DNA of 64,000 nucleotides from Chiloscyllium plagiosum (GCF_004010195.1 NC_057719.1:85624336-85688335), one strand, 5' to 3'; positions 38,035 to 51,800 are shown, counted from the stretch's first letter. Notes: generated by a model from the sequence alone, not told the origin. Numbers and translations: made by a program.

Positions 38035-38790
38035 AATATAGCAATTTTTGAGAAGATTTGTAGCTCAGGTTGATGATAAGTCTGTAAGTTAGCTCGCTGA
38101 GGTGGAAGGTTTGTTTTCAGATGTTTCGTCACCATGACTAAGTAACATAATCAATTACAGTCTCTCGTGAGGTGCTGGTGGTATGTTCCTCCTCTTTATT
38201 TATAGGTCTTGGTTTCTTCAATTGGGTGATGTCATTTCCAGTTCTTTTTTACAAGGGAATGTAGATAGGGTCTAAAGCGATGTGTTTATTGGTGGAGTTC
38301 TGGTTAGAATGCGATGCCTCTAAGAATTCTTGTGTGTGTCTTTGTTTCACCTGCCCCAGGATGTGTGTGTTGTCCCAGTCAAAGTGATGTGCTTCTTTGT
38401 CTGCATATATAGAAAATAGTGATAGTGGGTCGAGTCTTTTAGTGGCTACCATACATACATACAGGCAAGGAAGGATACCACTTTGACTGGGACAACACAC
38501 ACATCCTAGGGCAGGTGAAACAAAAATACAAACAAGAATTCTCAGAGGCATGGCATTCAAACCAGAACTCCATCAATAATCACATCGACTTAGATCCTAT
38601 CTACCTTCCCTTGAAAAAAAGAACCGGAAATGACACCACCCACCTTAAGAAACCAAGACCTATAAGTAGAGAGGGAGGACATACCACCAGCACTTCACAG
38701 GCGATTCTCACTGATGATGTCACCTAGTATGGTGACAAAACATCTGAAAACAAACCTTCAAGCTCAGCGAATTAACTTACATACTGAAAC
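38035..38790. mobile_element. Penelope-like insertion with two inverted 3' ends, right arm only
   Basis: FDWDNTHILGQVKQ..EFLEA.HSNQNS on both strands. Absent at the left-arm site about 29410-29435. Confidence 0.82.
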
Positions 38791-41600
38791 ACGGAAATAA
38801 GCTGGGAAGTGCTAACCTGATTAAGTATGATGCAGATATAGGAGATGCTATTCAGATTAAGCGACATTCTTATAGGCATATCCCTCTAAAGTTGGCAAGG
38901 TTCAAAAGGAGATTGAACACATGCTCCAAAACGACATAAATAAAGTGAGTTACAGTGACTGGAGCTCACACATGCTAAACCAAAACCAGATGGTAGCCAT
39001 TGGCTATGTGTGGACTATCACAAAGTCAATGTAGTTACAAAGACTGATACATATCCAATTCCATGTTTGGAAGACTGTGCTGATAAGCTGGGAAAAACAA
39101 CTTATATTTCTACATTGGACTTGCTCAGAGGATACCAGCAGGTACCTTTGTCTGAAAGAGCGAATATAGTTTCAGCTTTCATAATGCCAAATAGACTGTA
39201 TCAGTTTAAAGTCATGCCTTTGGTATGGAAAATGCGTCAGCCACATTTCAAAGACTAACCAAGAAGGTCAGTTCCGGATTAACTAATTTTGTTGTAAACA
39301 TAGATAACCTGATGAATTTTACTCACACATGGAAGGAACATTTGCAACATTTATCAGAATTGTTTGATCAACTTTGGGAGGCAGGCTTGTTGTTAAACCT
39401 GGCTAAAAGTGAATTTGCCCAAGTCCAAGTCACCTTCCTGGGCCATGTTATTGGTCATGGACAAATGGCCCTATGGATTGCAAAAACAAAGGTAACTGGG
39501 GAGTTTCCCATACCATCACTGAAAAGAGCAGTATTACAATTTCTGGGATTGAATGGAGTTTATTGGACATTCGCACCAAATTTTAGCAGTGTGGCTACTC
39601 CACTCATTGAATTGCTAAAGAAAGGTAAGATGTTTCAGTGGATAGTGGACTGTCAGAAGACATTTGATAGACTGAAAACTGTGTTAACCACTGCCCCAGT
39701 GGAAAGCCATTCAAAGTGGCTATAGATGCAAGTGATGTTGGTGTCAGTGCTGTCCTCTTACAGGAAGATGATGAAAAGATAGAAAGACCTATCAGATATT
39801 TTTCCAGGAAATTGAACATGCATCAACAAATATTTGACAGGAACCTTCCAGCTTGGTGTAAGCATTACAACATTTCAATGTTTATGTTACCAGTAATGTA
39901 TTTGAGACGATCATATACACTGATCATAACCCATTGAAGCTTGTGGAGAAATCTAATGACAAAATTCTCGACTGTTTAGATGGAGCTTGCTGTTATAGCC
40001 ATTTATTGTGAAAATTGTGCATGTGGCAGGATGGGAAAATGTGATTGCTGATGCATTGTCGAGACGTGGATGAGAAACTGAGGCGTTTGGTGGTAGGACT
40101 AAACGGACTGAAATAGAATGTAGTCATACATGTTTACATATTTATGGTCAATGTAATGTATATGGGGTTTTGCAGTATACTGACAGTGTAGAGTCATGGA
40201 ATCCCTAAAGTGTGGAAACAGGCCAATGGCCCAAAAAATCCACACTGACCCTCTGAAGAGTAACTGTGTCAGATCCATTCCCCTACCTTCTTACTCTACA
40301 GTTACCCCTGACTAACGCTCTTAACTTACACATCCCTAAACACTCAATTTAGCATAGCCAATTCACCTAATCTACACATCTTTGGATTGTGGGAAATGAA
40401 GCCATCTTTGGATATTGATGGTTCATTTTGCTTTAAAGGGGGAACATGTGATGATGTTGCTCCTTTAACAAGGATAAGTTGTCCTTGGTTGTTTTTTCAA
40501 AGGGATCGTAAATGCATAGATCCCAATGTGTCTGGTTTGGATGGGGTTTAAAAGCAATTTGATTATAGCTAACAGATACTACCTCAGATAAAAGGCTTTC
40601 AAATAAAAAACAAACGTAAAATGAAAAGGATTAAAAATCATACAACACCAGGTTTTTGTCCAACAGGTTTATTTGAAAATACTAGGTTTTGGAACACTGC
40701 TCCTTCATTAGGTAACTGTGGAGCAGGATCATAAGATACAGAATGTATAACACAAGATCACAGGGTCATGCATACGACTAATACAATAGATTCCATAAAC
40801 CTAGATTACTTTTAATTGGCTGAGCAGAGACTGATAGCCAAGTCTGGAACCCATGAGCATGACTTTAACTGGGACCTTGGGTTCATGTTACATTACAAGT
40901 AACCCCACTACACTATACACTTTCTCACACACACACACTCACACACATGCATATTCTTACATGCTCACACACTCATGCAGACCCTCTCTCATATACTACA
41001 CTCTCTGTCAGACGCTCTCTCTCTGGGAGACAACACAAGCAAACACCCACTCTCACATGCACACTCACATGCACACACTCACTGTCTCTCACACCGCAAA
41101 CACACAAACATGCACACACACATACACTCTCTCTCTCTCTCACACTCTCTCTCTCTCCCTCACATGCATGCACAAACACATATAAGTCCATAGGTGAATT
41201 TGCATTTGCAGAATTATAATTTCAGATATATTCTATTTTGTTCAAAAAGCACATAATCTGCAGGCAGTCAATCCATGTAACATTTTATAAATTTCTTCTC
41301 TGGAAATAGAACCAGCATGCCTCAAGATTGGGATACAGAGAGACTCTAACCTTGCACCTTTAATGTATTGTCTGAGTGGAGATGTAACTTTTTTTTATAA
41401 AACCTTACGTTATCTTGAGAACGTGATTCGAAAAAATTTCTGGGATTTACATATTAATGAACTGAAACTTGCAACCCGTTCTAAAAGATGAAAGATGAAA
41501 CAGCAATCCAAGTTTCTTCCATATATCATATCAGTTGCATGTATGACACTGTGATCTTGTGCTATAAGTTCTGTGTCTTATTATCCTATTCCACAGCAAC

Positions 41601-41629
41601 CTGATGAAGGAGCAGTGCTCCGAAAGCTA
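41601..41629 (+). ncRNA. Minimal hammerhead ribozyme motif (Penelope-associated), intact core
   Basis: CTGATGA-A-GGAGC-agt-GCTCC-GAA-AGCT-A: CUGANGA box, stem II, GAAA box, palindromic stem III, NUH triplet. Confidence 0.6.
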
Positions 41630-41632
41630 GTA

Positions 41633-42397
41633 CAGAGGAAACTCGATTATCCGAATATCAATTATCTGAATATTGGATTATCCGAAGGGGATCTCAAGGT
41701 CCCGATAGAAATATTATGTCAAAGAGCTGTTTCAACCCTGATCACATCTTTTGTTTACAGGTACAATAATTATAAATGAACTTGGTTCTCTGAAATGCTG
41801 CTGAGAACAGTCTCGGAGAGTTTAGGCACCGTCTCCAAATGACTGTTGTCCCGCCCACTGTCTGTCCCCGCACACTTTCTCTGGAGTTCTACACAGGCAT
41901 GTACCCTGAAGACTCCTTCCACAGATAATCTCTCCTACATCGTCCTGTACAGGGCAAAGGTGGAAACTGTCAAAATGTTGTGTGTGTGTGTGTGTGTGTA
42001 CGTTCTATTTGGAGACATACCGCACAACGGCAGCAGCAGTCTTACTGTTGGTGTACAATCCAGCTGCCCAACTACCCCCCCCCCCTCCCCCCCACCACCA
42101 TCAGAAGTGTGGGGAGGGTCAGATGGGGGAGTGGGGTCACGGACGAGGTTGGACAGTGGTGAAGGACTGCGGTGCAGGGTTGGGGGGGGGGGCGCGCACG
42201 TGGGGCGGTATTGAATGGTGTTGGGGGTGGGCGGGTGGCCGGGGGCTTGTGTGCAGTGTGCTTTTGCCAAGTCTCCTGAACGGGGAGCAGATTTCACAGA
42301 AAACTCCAAGCCCCAGAGGAAATCAATTAACTGAATAATCAATCATCAGAACGAAATAGTGCCCGCCCATCTCGTTCGGATAATTGAGGTTCCTCTG
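41633..42397. mobile_element. Non-autonomous Tc1/mariner (pogo/Tigger-like) DNA transposon
   Basis: 23-bp TIRs cagaggaa(a/c)ctc(g/a)attatccgaa, TA duplication at 41631-41632 and 42398-42399. Empty site at about 26625-26640. Confidence 0.88.
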
Positions 42398-42590
42398 TAC
42401 TTCCAAATAAACCTGTTGGGCTATAACCTGGTGTTTTGTGATTTTTAACTTTGTCCACCCCAGTCCAACACCAGCACCTCCACAGAAGTGGCCAGCTTTC
42501 CCAGCTCAGCTTTACTCTGGTTTGGTTTGGTTTGGTTTTAGAAAGCAGTCAGTTTTTGAGGCTGCTGGTCAAAGAAACAGCTCCATGTCG

Positions 42591-42624
<34 letters not shown>

Positions 42625-45221
42625 ATCCCTCCTGTAAGAACCTGTGTTTGATTTTACCTTTTTGTGCTAGGGGGTGTTCATGGGGATTGGTGCAAGTATT
42701 TGGAACATCATCATTAAGTTGTGAGAGAGTCGACTGATTTTCAAATAGTTATGTTCTAAGTTTGGTTTTGTTCATCTGTAAACTAAATTCAGTTTTGTTT
42801 AAAACAGAGTGGTTGGGCATCATTCCTGGAATATCCACTTCACACCTGCTTATAACAACTAGGAAAGTTAGGGTCTGGGCTATCTTCTTGATGTGTTTTG
42901 AGGGGGGGGGGGGGGTCAGCCTGGTCCATAACAAGGTACTTAGACTGGAACGGACAATCCCTATTTTTCCTATTGAGATTCATTCAGTCTACTAGGAGCA
43001 ACTTCAATCCTCATGCCATTCAGTATAAAATCATAGAGATCTCTAGCACAGTAAACAGGCCCTTTGGCCCATCAAGTATATGCTGACCATATATAGCCAC
43101 CTAACTATTCTAATCCCATTTTCCAGCACTTGGCATTGCAAATGTACATTTAAATACTTTTTTTTGGTTGTGAAGGTGTTTGATTTGACCATTCTGTGAA
43201 AGCATTGTGTTCCAGATTCCCACCACATTCTGGATGAATGAAGACTTTTCCTCACATCTACTCTAAACCTCCTTCCCCTTCTGTTAAAACTGTGCCCCCT
43301 GGTCATTCACATACATGAGAACTAATTTAGGATTTTCCTATATTTTTCCCAGATTTTTTCATGATCCCAAATTTAGTCTACCTTAATACACCAGCTGGAT
43401 CTATAAAAGGAGGGAACCATCTATCTAGTCACCAGGAAGGTGTAGGACCAATCTTGAGAGACCAGTGTTTGGGGAGGGTTAAATGTGGAAAAGACCCTTT
43501 TGGGAGAGATGGGGAGAATAGATTTGGACAGGCAAAAAGGACCTTGAAGTGCATTCTCATTGAGTCATAGAGATGTACAGCACAGAAACCAGATCCTTTG
43601 GTCCAAATTGTCCATGCTGGCCAGATATCTTAAATAAATCATAGTCCTATTTGACAGCAGTTGGTCCATATCCCTCTAAACTCTTCCTATTCATGTGCTC
43701 ATCCAGAGGCCTTTTAAATGTTATAATTGTACCAGCCTCCCCCATTTCCTCTAGTAGCTCATTTCATACACGCAACACCCTCTGCATTAAAAAAGTTGTC
43801 CCTTCGATCTCTTTTAAATCTTTCCCTCCCACTTTAAACCAATGCTCTCTAGTTCTGGGCTCCCCAACCCTGAGGAAAAGACCTTGGTTATTTACCCTTT
43901 ACATGTTTCTCTTTATAAACCTGTATAAAATCACCCCTCAGGTAAAATCACCCCTCAGCCTTGACGCTCCAGGGAAAACAATTCTATCCTATTTAGCGTC
44001 TCCCTATAGCTCAAAGCCTCCAATCCTGGCAACATCCTTGTAAATCTTTGCTGAACCCTTTCACGTTTCACAACATCATTTTTATAGCTATGTGCAATGG
44101 GGAGAGAAGGATGGGGCTAACTGAGGTGAAAGCTGTAAATGGCTGAGGGAAACCACTGATAGTGCTGCTGGTGAGGTGTGGTGAGGTGTCCCTGGCAACT
44201 GAGTAGGCATCACAGGGACCACATGGAGTCAGTGATGTTGGTATTTGAGGGGTCAAACCAGAGTGAGTTGCGAAGATGCTGCATGTAGCCTTGAGAGTAG
44301 GATAGTATAAGCCTTGGTGGGATGATGAACTCAGACCAGGCTGAATTCAGGTCCCTGTCAGAGAATCACAATCCCATCTTCCTCTTCTCAGGCATCTTCA
44401 GGAAAACTGTCCTTTGACACACTGGGCAGCTTCGGAATGCCAGTGCCCGACCAGGAACACAGTGACCTTAGCTGCCGGAATGTCAGCCTTTGGAATGGGC
44501 ATCTGGTGAGTGGCAAGTCCTTCCGGGAATATCAGGTGATAAGATGGTGCCATGTTTAGGTGAGAGGACAACTTTAAGATTGAGGGGTGATGTGAAATTC
44601 CTCCAATCATCTCAATACAACTGTGACGTTTTCCATAGAGCGTTGGAGGCTTAGGGGTAATCTCATTGAGATTTATAAAATCAACAGGAGCATAGATAAG
44701 GTGAATAACCAAGATCTTACCCCCAGAGTAGAGGAGTCCAAATCTAGGGGACATAGGTTTAAGGTGAGGGACCAGAAGGGCAATTTTTACATGCAGAGGG
44801 TGAATTGTGCATGGAATGAGCTGCCAGAGGAAGTGGAGGAGATTGGTACAATTACAAGTTTAAAAATATGTCTGGATGGGTATATGAATAGAAAGGGTTT
44901 CAAGAGATATGGGCCTAGTGCTGTCAAATGGGACCAAATCGGTTTAGGATATCTGGTTGGATATGTTGGACCGATGAGTTGGACTGATCTTTCTGTTTCT
45001 CTGCTGTATGGCTCTGTGACTGACATTCACCCACAATAACATGAGCACCGGCCCATATTTTCACTGTCATTTATCTCCATCCTGGGCAGGTAAGGATGCA
45101 TGCACGTACATACTCCTGTTTTGTTAGATAGATCAGCCAACTTGTCAAAATTCTTTCTATTATGTGTGGAAATGGATTTGAAACCAGTTTGTGCAAGATG
45201 CAAATACTGTTGACTACTCAC

Positions 45222-45300
45222 TTTTGTTCTTCCACCAGCCATTCTGAATCTTCAATGTTGTTACTCTGTTCAAAAATGAATCGGAAATTGTCTGGAACTC
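45222..45300 (-). CDS. Putative internal exon (79 nt, phase 1 to 2) of the C80 gene
   Basis: ttttcttcatcag| (G)VPDNFRFIFEQSNNIEDSEWLVEEQ |gtgagt. Canonical splice sites, open frame, phase matches the previous exon, conserved in the other arm. Confidence 0.62.
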
Positions 45301-47529
45301 CTGATGAAGAAAATTATATTTTAAACGACTGCAGCGTCCCACATAATCATCAGGATCCTACATGCAGAGGGCATTTATTTGATAACCATGGTTTATCACA
45401 AGTTGCTGAAATAAATAACGGGCTATAAGTACAACCCTCAAGGTACACTTGTTAACAGTGTCATATTGTGAACACAGAACATGGAACAGTACAGCACAGG
45501 AACAGGCCCTTCTGCCTACAGTATTGTAACAAACGTGACGCCAAATGAAACAAATCCTTTCTGCCTATCATTAGTCCAAATCCCTTCATTCCTTGCACAT
45601 TCATATGCTTAACCAAAAGTCCCGTAAATTCAAAGATATGCAGGTTAGGTGAATTGGCCATGCTAAATTGCCCACAGCATTCTGAGATCTGTATGTTAGG
45701 TGCATTAGTTAGGGGTAAATATACGATAATGGGGTAGGGGAATAGGTCTAGATGGGTTACTCTTTGGAGGGTAGGTGTGCAAAAGGGCCTGATTTCACGC
45801 TGTAGTGATTCTATGAGTCTATGATTTTTTACCGTGTCTGCCTCCACTACCAGCCCTGGCAGTGTGTTCCAGGCACCTACTGTGTTCTGTGCGAAAAAAG
45901 TGCCCCTCCCATCTCCTTTGAACGTAGCCTGTCTCCCCTTAAATGTATGCCCCCTTGTATTAGACACTTCACCTCTGGAAAAAAAAGATTCTGACCGTCA
46001 ACTCTATCTAATGCATCTCATAATTTTATAGACTTTCATCAAGTCTCCCTTCAACCTCTGTTGCTCCAGAGAAAACAACCCAAAGTTTTCTCGCCTTTCC
46101 TAATGGCTCATTCTCTCTAATCTAGGCAGCATCCTAGTAAATCTCTTCTGCACCCTCTCCAAAGCCTCCCCATCCTTCCTGTATTGTGCTGACCAGAACT
46201 GAATGCAATACTCTAAGTGTGGCCTCATCAAAGTCTTATAAAGCTGCAAGATGACATCCTGACTCTTGTATACAGTTCCCCGAACTAGAAAGACAAACAT
46301 GCCTTACACCTTCTTTATCATCCAATCTACATTCATGGCCACTTTCAGGGAGCGATGGACTTGAACCCCAAGATCCCGCTGGACATCAATGCTGTTAAGG
46401 GCCCTGTTATACTTTTCTTTAACATTTGCTCTCCCAAAGTGCAGCACCTCATACTTACCCAGGTTAAACTCCGCCTGCCATTTCTCTGCCCATATCTACA
46501 ACTAATCTACGTCTCATTGTATAATTTCACAACCTTCTACACTATCCAGAATCCCACCCAGCTTTGTATTGTCTGCAAACTTACTAACCCACCCATTTAC
46601 AATTTCATCCTAGTCATTTACAACAAACAGCAGAGGCCCCAGTACGGATCCCTACGGAACACCACTGGTCATGGATGTCCAGCCTGAAAAACACCCTTCC
46701 ACCACTATCCTCTGTCTTCTATAGGCAAGCCAATTCTGAATCCATGCAGAATTGTCATAAGCCAGTTAAATGGATTGTGGTCATTGAACTAAATATTTCA
46801 CAAACAATTATGTCTAAAACCACTGTTGGCACTCGTTGTGCTAATCTGCTGATATGTTATGTCCACCTCACTCTGAGTTTGACTTGTTAGGTTGGGAATC
46901 AGAGCAATGGTTGACAATATGGCTTTATGGTTGCAACTAGGGGTGAGAAAGGACAGTATGCGCAGTAGGTTAGTTTACTGTGGATTCCTCCAGGCAACTG
47001 CATTCCAAAGTAAGTTGCAACTCTGTTCTCCCAAGCAGTTGTGAGGTTTCGATGTATGTTTATTGGGAGGCCTGAGAATCTGTAGCTGAGCTCCATACCA
47101 TCTTGCCTGCAGGTCTGTATCAGTGTTTATGCACCATGTATACATTTTATCATACTGATCAGCTCTTTACACCTTATCCCTGCATACTCTTCTACGTGCA
47201 CCATGTCTCCCTGTTTAAATGTGATTGACTTTACTCCTTTCTCAGAACAACATGTAGCACAATCCTAAAACCCTCTGACCAAAGAAACTCCTAAAATCCT
47301 TAAGGGGCTATCACAGGGTTAGCTTTGTATCAGCCAGGTGAATTTGGCTGAATCAGTACATAAACATTGCAGAAGCTCAAGTGTTGGTTAGATTCTCTGT
47401 AATTCAAATTTCCACATAAAGCTGGTCTGAAAGTATTTCCACCTGAAGCTGGCTACTCTCAGAGAATTGAAACAATGAGGTAAATCGAAACAACGAGGTG
47501 CCTGAGTTCCTGCCGACCGATTCTATTTG

Positions 47530-48110
47530 GTAAAAAACTGTGGACACAGCATTGAGCCTTGCTTCACACCATTGATCACAGTCCTCCAGTCTGAAAAACA
47601 ACCTTTCACCATCACCCTCTGTCTCCTCTCTTCAAGCCAATTTTGTGTCCAAATGGCTAGCTCTCCCTGGATTCCACATGATCTAACTTGCTAACCAGTT
47701 TACCATGTGACCTTGTTGAGCTCCTTGCTGAAGTCCATTTAGAGTATATAACTCCTGCTAAGGTTTGCTTTTCCATAATGCGGCACCTCACATTTATCTA
47801 AATTAAACTCTATCTGCCACTCCTCAGCCAACTGGTCCATCTGATCAAGATCGCATTGGAATCTGAGGTAACCTTCTTCATTGTCCACGACACCTCCAAT
47901 TTTGGAGTCATCTGCAAACTTACTAACTATACCTCCTATGTTCACATCCAAATCATTTATGTAAATGTCAAAAGGCAGTGGACCCAGCACCGATCCTTGT
48001 GGCACACCACTGGTCACAGGCCTCCAGTCTGAAAAGCAACCCTCCACCACTACCCTCTGTCTTCTACCATTGAGCCAGTTCTGCATCCAAATAGCCTGTT
48101 CTCCGTGTTT
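47530..48110 (-). mobile_element. CR1-type LINE RT fragment
   Basis: SGVPQGSVLGPL..YINDL..SKFADDSK. Confidence 0.88.
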
Positions 48111-48731
48111 TCCATGTATTACATCTTACATTTACACAAAGATGTTTTTTATTTTGAAATGAAAGCAAGCCTAGACATTATTCCTAATATTCAGATTTAT
48201 GTACCTGAAATTTAGAAATTTAGAAATCAGGCTCCTCCTAACTGTGCTAGCTCTTTGAAAGAATAATTCTATTACTGTTGTCTTATTTCTCTGCTCTATC
48301 CTCAGATGCCCTGTCCTTTTCACATCTATACTCATTTCATTTTGATGGTTATCATTGAATCAGTTTCCTTCATTGTCCCAGGTACTTCCAGAATATAACC
48401 AGTCACTACTCAGTAATGTTTTACAATGCTGTCCACACAGCTAAGGTTTTTTGATTAGATCTCCCAGGCACGGTAATGCAATAAAACAATTGCAACAACA
48501 TTAAATACTGCTGATGTCCCCACATGCTGAAGAGTATGGATTAGAAGTCCAGCTGAGATATTTCATACTAAGGAGCCGATTCCTCAGTTCACATGAATTC
48601 TAGCTTTGAACTCTTCACATTATTCTAGTGTCCAAGGTTACATGAGTTAAACATTGTCACCTGAATGTGGGGCTGTTTTTGGATCAAACTGCATTTCAGT
48701 AAAAGACAAACATGGACTTTGTAATGATCAC

Positions 48732-48813
48732 CTTCATTATTGTTCCCAGGAGCTGGGATCTCCCACACCAGTGAAAAAGACACGAGCCAGAAGTAGCACA
48801 GTTTCCAATCCAT
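48732..48813 (-). CDS. Putative first coding exon (signal-peptide-like) of the C80 gene
   Basis: Acceptor tcctctcag at 48833, ATG at 48813, MDWKLCYFWLVSFSLVWEIPAPGNNNE, phase-1 donor AAG|gtgatc. Frame and splice sites are conserved in the left-arm copy. Confidence 0.6.
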
Positions 48814-51800
48814 GAGTCAGAGGTAGCGGATTCTGAGAGGATGGTGAAAATATCAAGAAGGTTAAGATTGTAATCATAACATCAGGCAGAGACCAACACT
48901 ATAACTAATTGGGATAGCTTTGTAAGCAGCTGGCACAGGACGTGTGGGCAGAATGGCCTCCTGTACTCCAAGAATCAATGCTACGTGCTCTTGTATTAAA
49001 CATTGATGAGGCCCTACAGTGTGCACCAACCTTATCGCACAGAAGGTCACCTTTACACTGCATTTGACAGGGTAAATATTGTTTTGTTTTAAAAGTCTGT
49101 TTACTTTTTGTTCTACGTGACCTGTCCATTTGCGTTTCTGTCTGTTGATCTATTTTTTTGTCAGCTGGCCACATTTAGCAGCACTTTGGCCTTTAAGGCA
49201 GACAATCCTCCAGAGTGAAAATTGGGTTTGTGACCGAATGGGTCCACAGGTAGTTCTCCTATAACGCCGGAGTTGCGTTCCAGTGAAACCTTGCTTAATA
49301 GAAATAATGGAGCCAATGGGAAAAGTGGGGTTAGGGCACTCACGATCACTCAAAGATCACCCAAAAGCCTAACACAAAGTATAGCACACCATTCATGAAG
49401 GTTTAAATCATAGTTATTAAAAACATTAACACATTACGTTGAAAAATATTGTTAATGCAGGGACAGATTCAGGCACAGTCGTAGTTGCAGAAGAGGGGGC
49501 TGTGGTTGATTGTCTTTTGCCTGTTTCTTGAGGGGGGGCACTTTAAAAAAGACATTGCAATTTTATCATCAGGACCAGGTTCTTGCTGACATTCTTGTCA
49601 CTATGCCCCTCCATTTTTGCAAAAACAATGATAATCTAAGAGTAGATTGTGTGATATGCAGGTACAAGAACAAATTAGAAATGCAAATGGTATGTATGAG
49701 AGTGATGCAGTCCTGCAGGAATTATACAGTACTTACAGCAGCTGACATTGGGGCATGGGGCAGGACAAAGCATGCAAAATGATCACCACTGGATTCGCAC
49801 TTTGTGAACAGAAGTAAACATTCTCAAAAGTACCCTTCCCTAATTCTCCAGTGATGTTATAGCTGCTGAAACACCCTTTATACGAGAACTATCAGCATTA
49901 GGAATAAGCATTTGTTGCCTTTTTCGAGCATTGACTTAAACAGTCTAAGGCAGACTTTCTTTGTAAATGTTTGAATTGACTGTCTCTGAGTCTCCTGGTG
50001 GGTTGTCACATTGTGTCACAGCCCTGGAACCAAGTGCAGGATATTGACAACTGGTGGGATACAACTAAAGACATTGAATCATCCTGGCAGAGACTTGGAA
50101 GGATATCACCGTTCCTTCAGAGTCAACACCCTTTGTAATGACATTGCAAGTCATGGACTGCAGCGGTTCAAGAAGGCAGCTCGCTAACACCTTCTCGAGA
50201 GCAACTGGAGACGGTCCAGCCAGTGACAACATATCCCATGAGTGAATTATGGTTTGCCTAATGGTGGGGAAAGTAAATGAAGCAGTTAAACTGCAGGATT
50301 GTGAAAATGCACTGATCCAAACCAGCAGACCTTATCATTTCACCTGCCAGGTTTTCCAAAGTCTGGGAATCAACTTTGGATAAGATTGAGTTTGAAATAG
50401 TTACATAATTCTGAGATATCCCACTTCTTTATAGCACTATGACAATTAAATCGTCAACCTGCCTCCTGTGAACACATTGTGTGCCTGTCCTGACACTTTC
50501 CGTTAAAATTAGAACCAAACTCTTTCAGGTTTTCAACATTTTTACGATTCACCTGACTTAGACCCATTAGTTAGGGCAATAAAAATGAAGCCATGCAGAA
50601 CATCGATTGCTTTGGAAGTAAGCTTTAAGAATGAACTAAAAGGTGAACTGTAATTGCACTTACTTCTCATGCATGGAATCACAGAGCTGTTGCCAGTTTC
50701 AGGAAGAGCAGAAAATGTCCCATGTAAGTCTGCTTTCTCCCAGTATAAAAGGCACGCTTGACTTGTGTATCAGCAAAGGCCCAATACAAATATTGGAGAA
50801 TCACCGCGGTTCATAACCTTTCCTGTAAAAGAGAGGTTTTACAGGAGTTTACTCACAGAGTTTACATAGCTGATCTAGTCTCTGGCTGCCCTCAGGCTAC
50901 TGATAGTATGTGTTTAGGAATAATCATGCACCGAGTGTCAGGGACAGTTGGTTAGATCGTCCCTTTTTGGAGATTTTTATGGCTTTGCACTTGTATGGCA
51001 TGAATGTTATTGAGGAGAAAGTGAGGATTACAAATGCTGTACATCAAGAATGTGGAGCTGGAAAAGTCTGAGGAGGGGCCGTATAAACTGAACAGAACCG
51101 ATGTTAAAACAAGCACATTGCCAGGGAGACCTGGGCTTTCATCTTGTTGTTGAATGCTTAAAAGCCAGTTTGACTCTGAGAATTTATCAGTAATACAGAC
51201 ATTTCACAACCTGAACAATTGTGCATTGTATTTTAATCTGAATATGGTGTCATCATTCAGGGAGCTTTTTGGCTCCGTGAGCCCTCACAGTTCTCCAGCT
51301 CAGTCTCTGTCTGTTATTTCCTGTCTCCCTCTGTCCCTGTCTATCTCTCTCTGTTTCTGCTTGCCTCTGTGCTCCTCTCTGTGCCTCTCACCATTCCCAT
51401 CTTTGACAGCTCTCTGACTGTATATATAACATTGTCATGCTAAGGCAGACTGTGTACCGAGTGTAACAGTGTTTGCAGTGGCCCAGAGGGTAGAGGATTG
51501 TCTGGTGGACGGTAAGCAGGGTCATTTCCAGTTTGGTGAGTGGTACTAGTGGGCAGTGCCAGACGGTTACAGCTAACACTGCAGCCAGTTACAATCGATA
51601 TCAATGGGTTAGACAAAGGGAACACATGTGGTGTCTCCAGGTTCTGTGACAAGACCATGTTGGGTGGGAGAAATGGCGATGGGGACAGCCAAGGGGGCTG
51701 TAAATAGATATGGGCAGTTTCACTGAGTGGGGCAAGTAATTGGCAGATGGAATATAGTGTGGAGAGGTATAATATGGATAAAAATATGTATGAAAATGGA

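Larger units (their letters stand above)
36330..42933 (+). mobile_element. Right-arm copy of the Gmr1-like Gypsy element; 3' LTR 40447-42933; rearranged 5' LTR/gag at 36330-37030
   Basis: Integrase 37030-37750 (LPKTKSGNQYLL, QSNQGSNFTS, LERWHQTLK), RT 38850-39600, RNase H 39716-40070, PPT aaaggggga at about 40435, LTR tgtgat..ccataaca. Confidence 0.88.
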
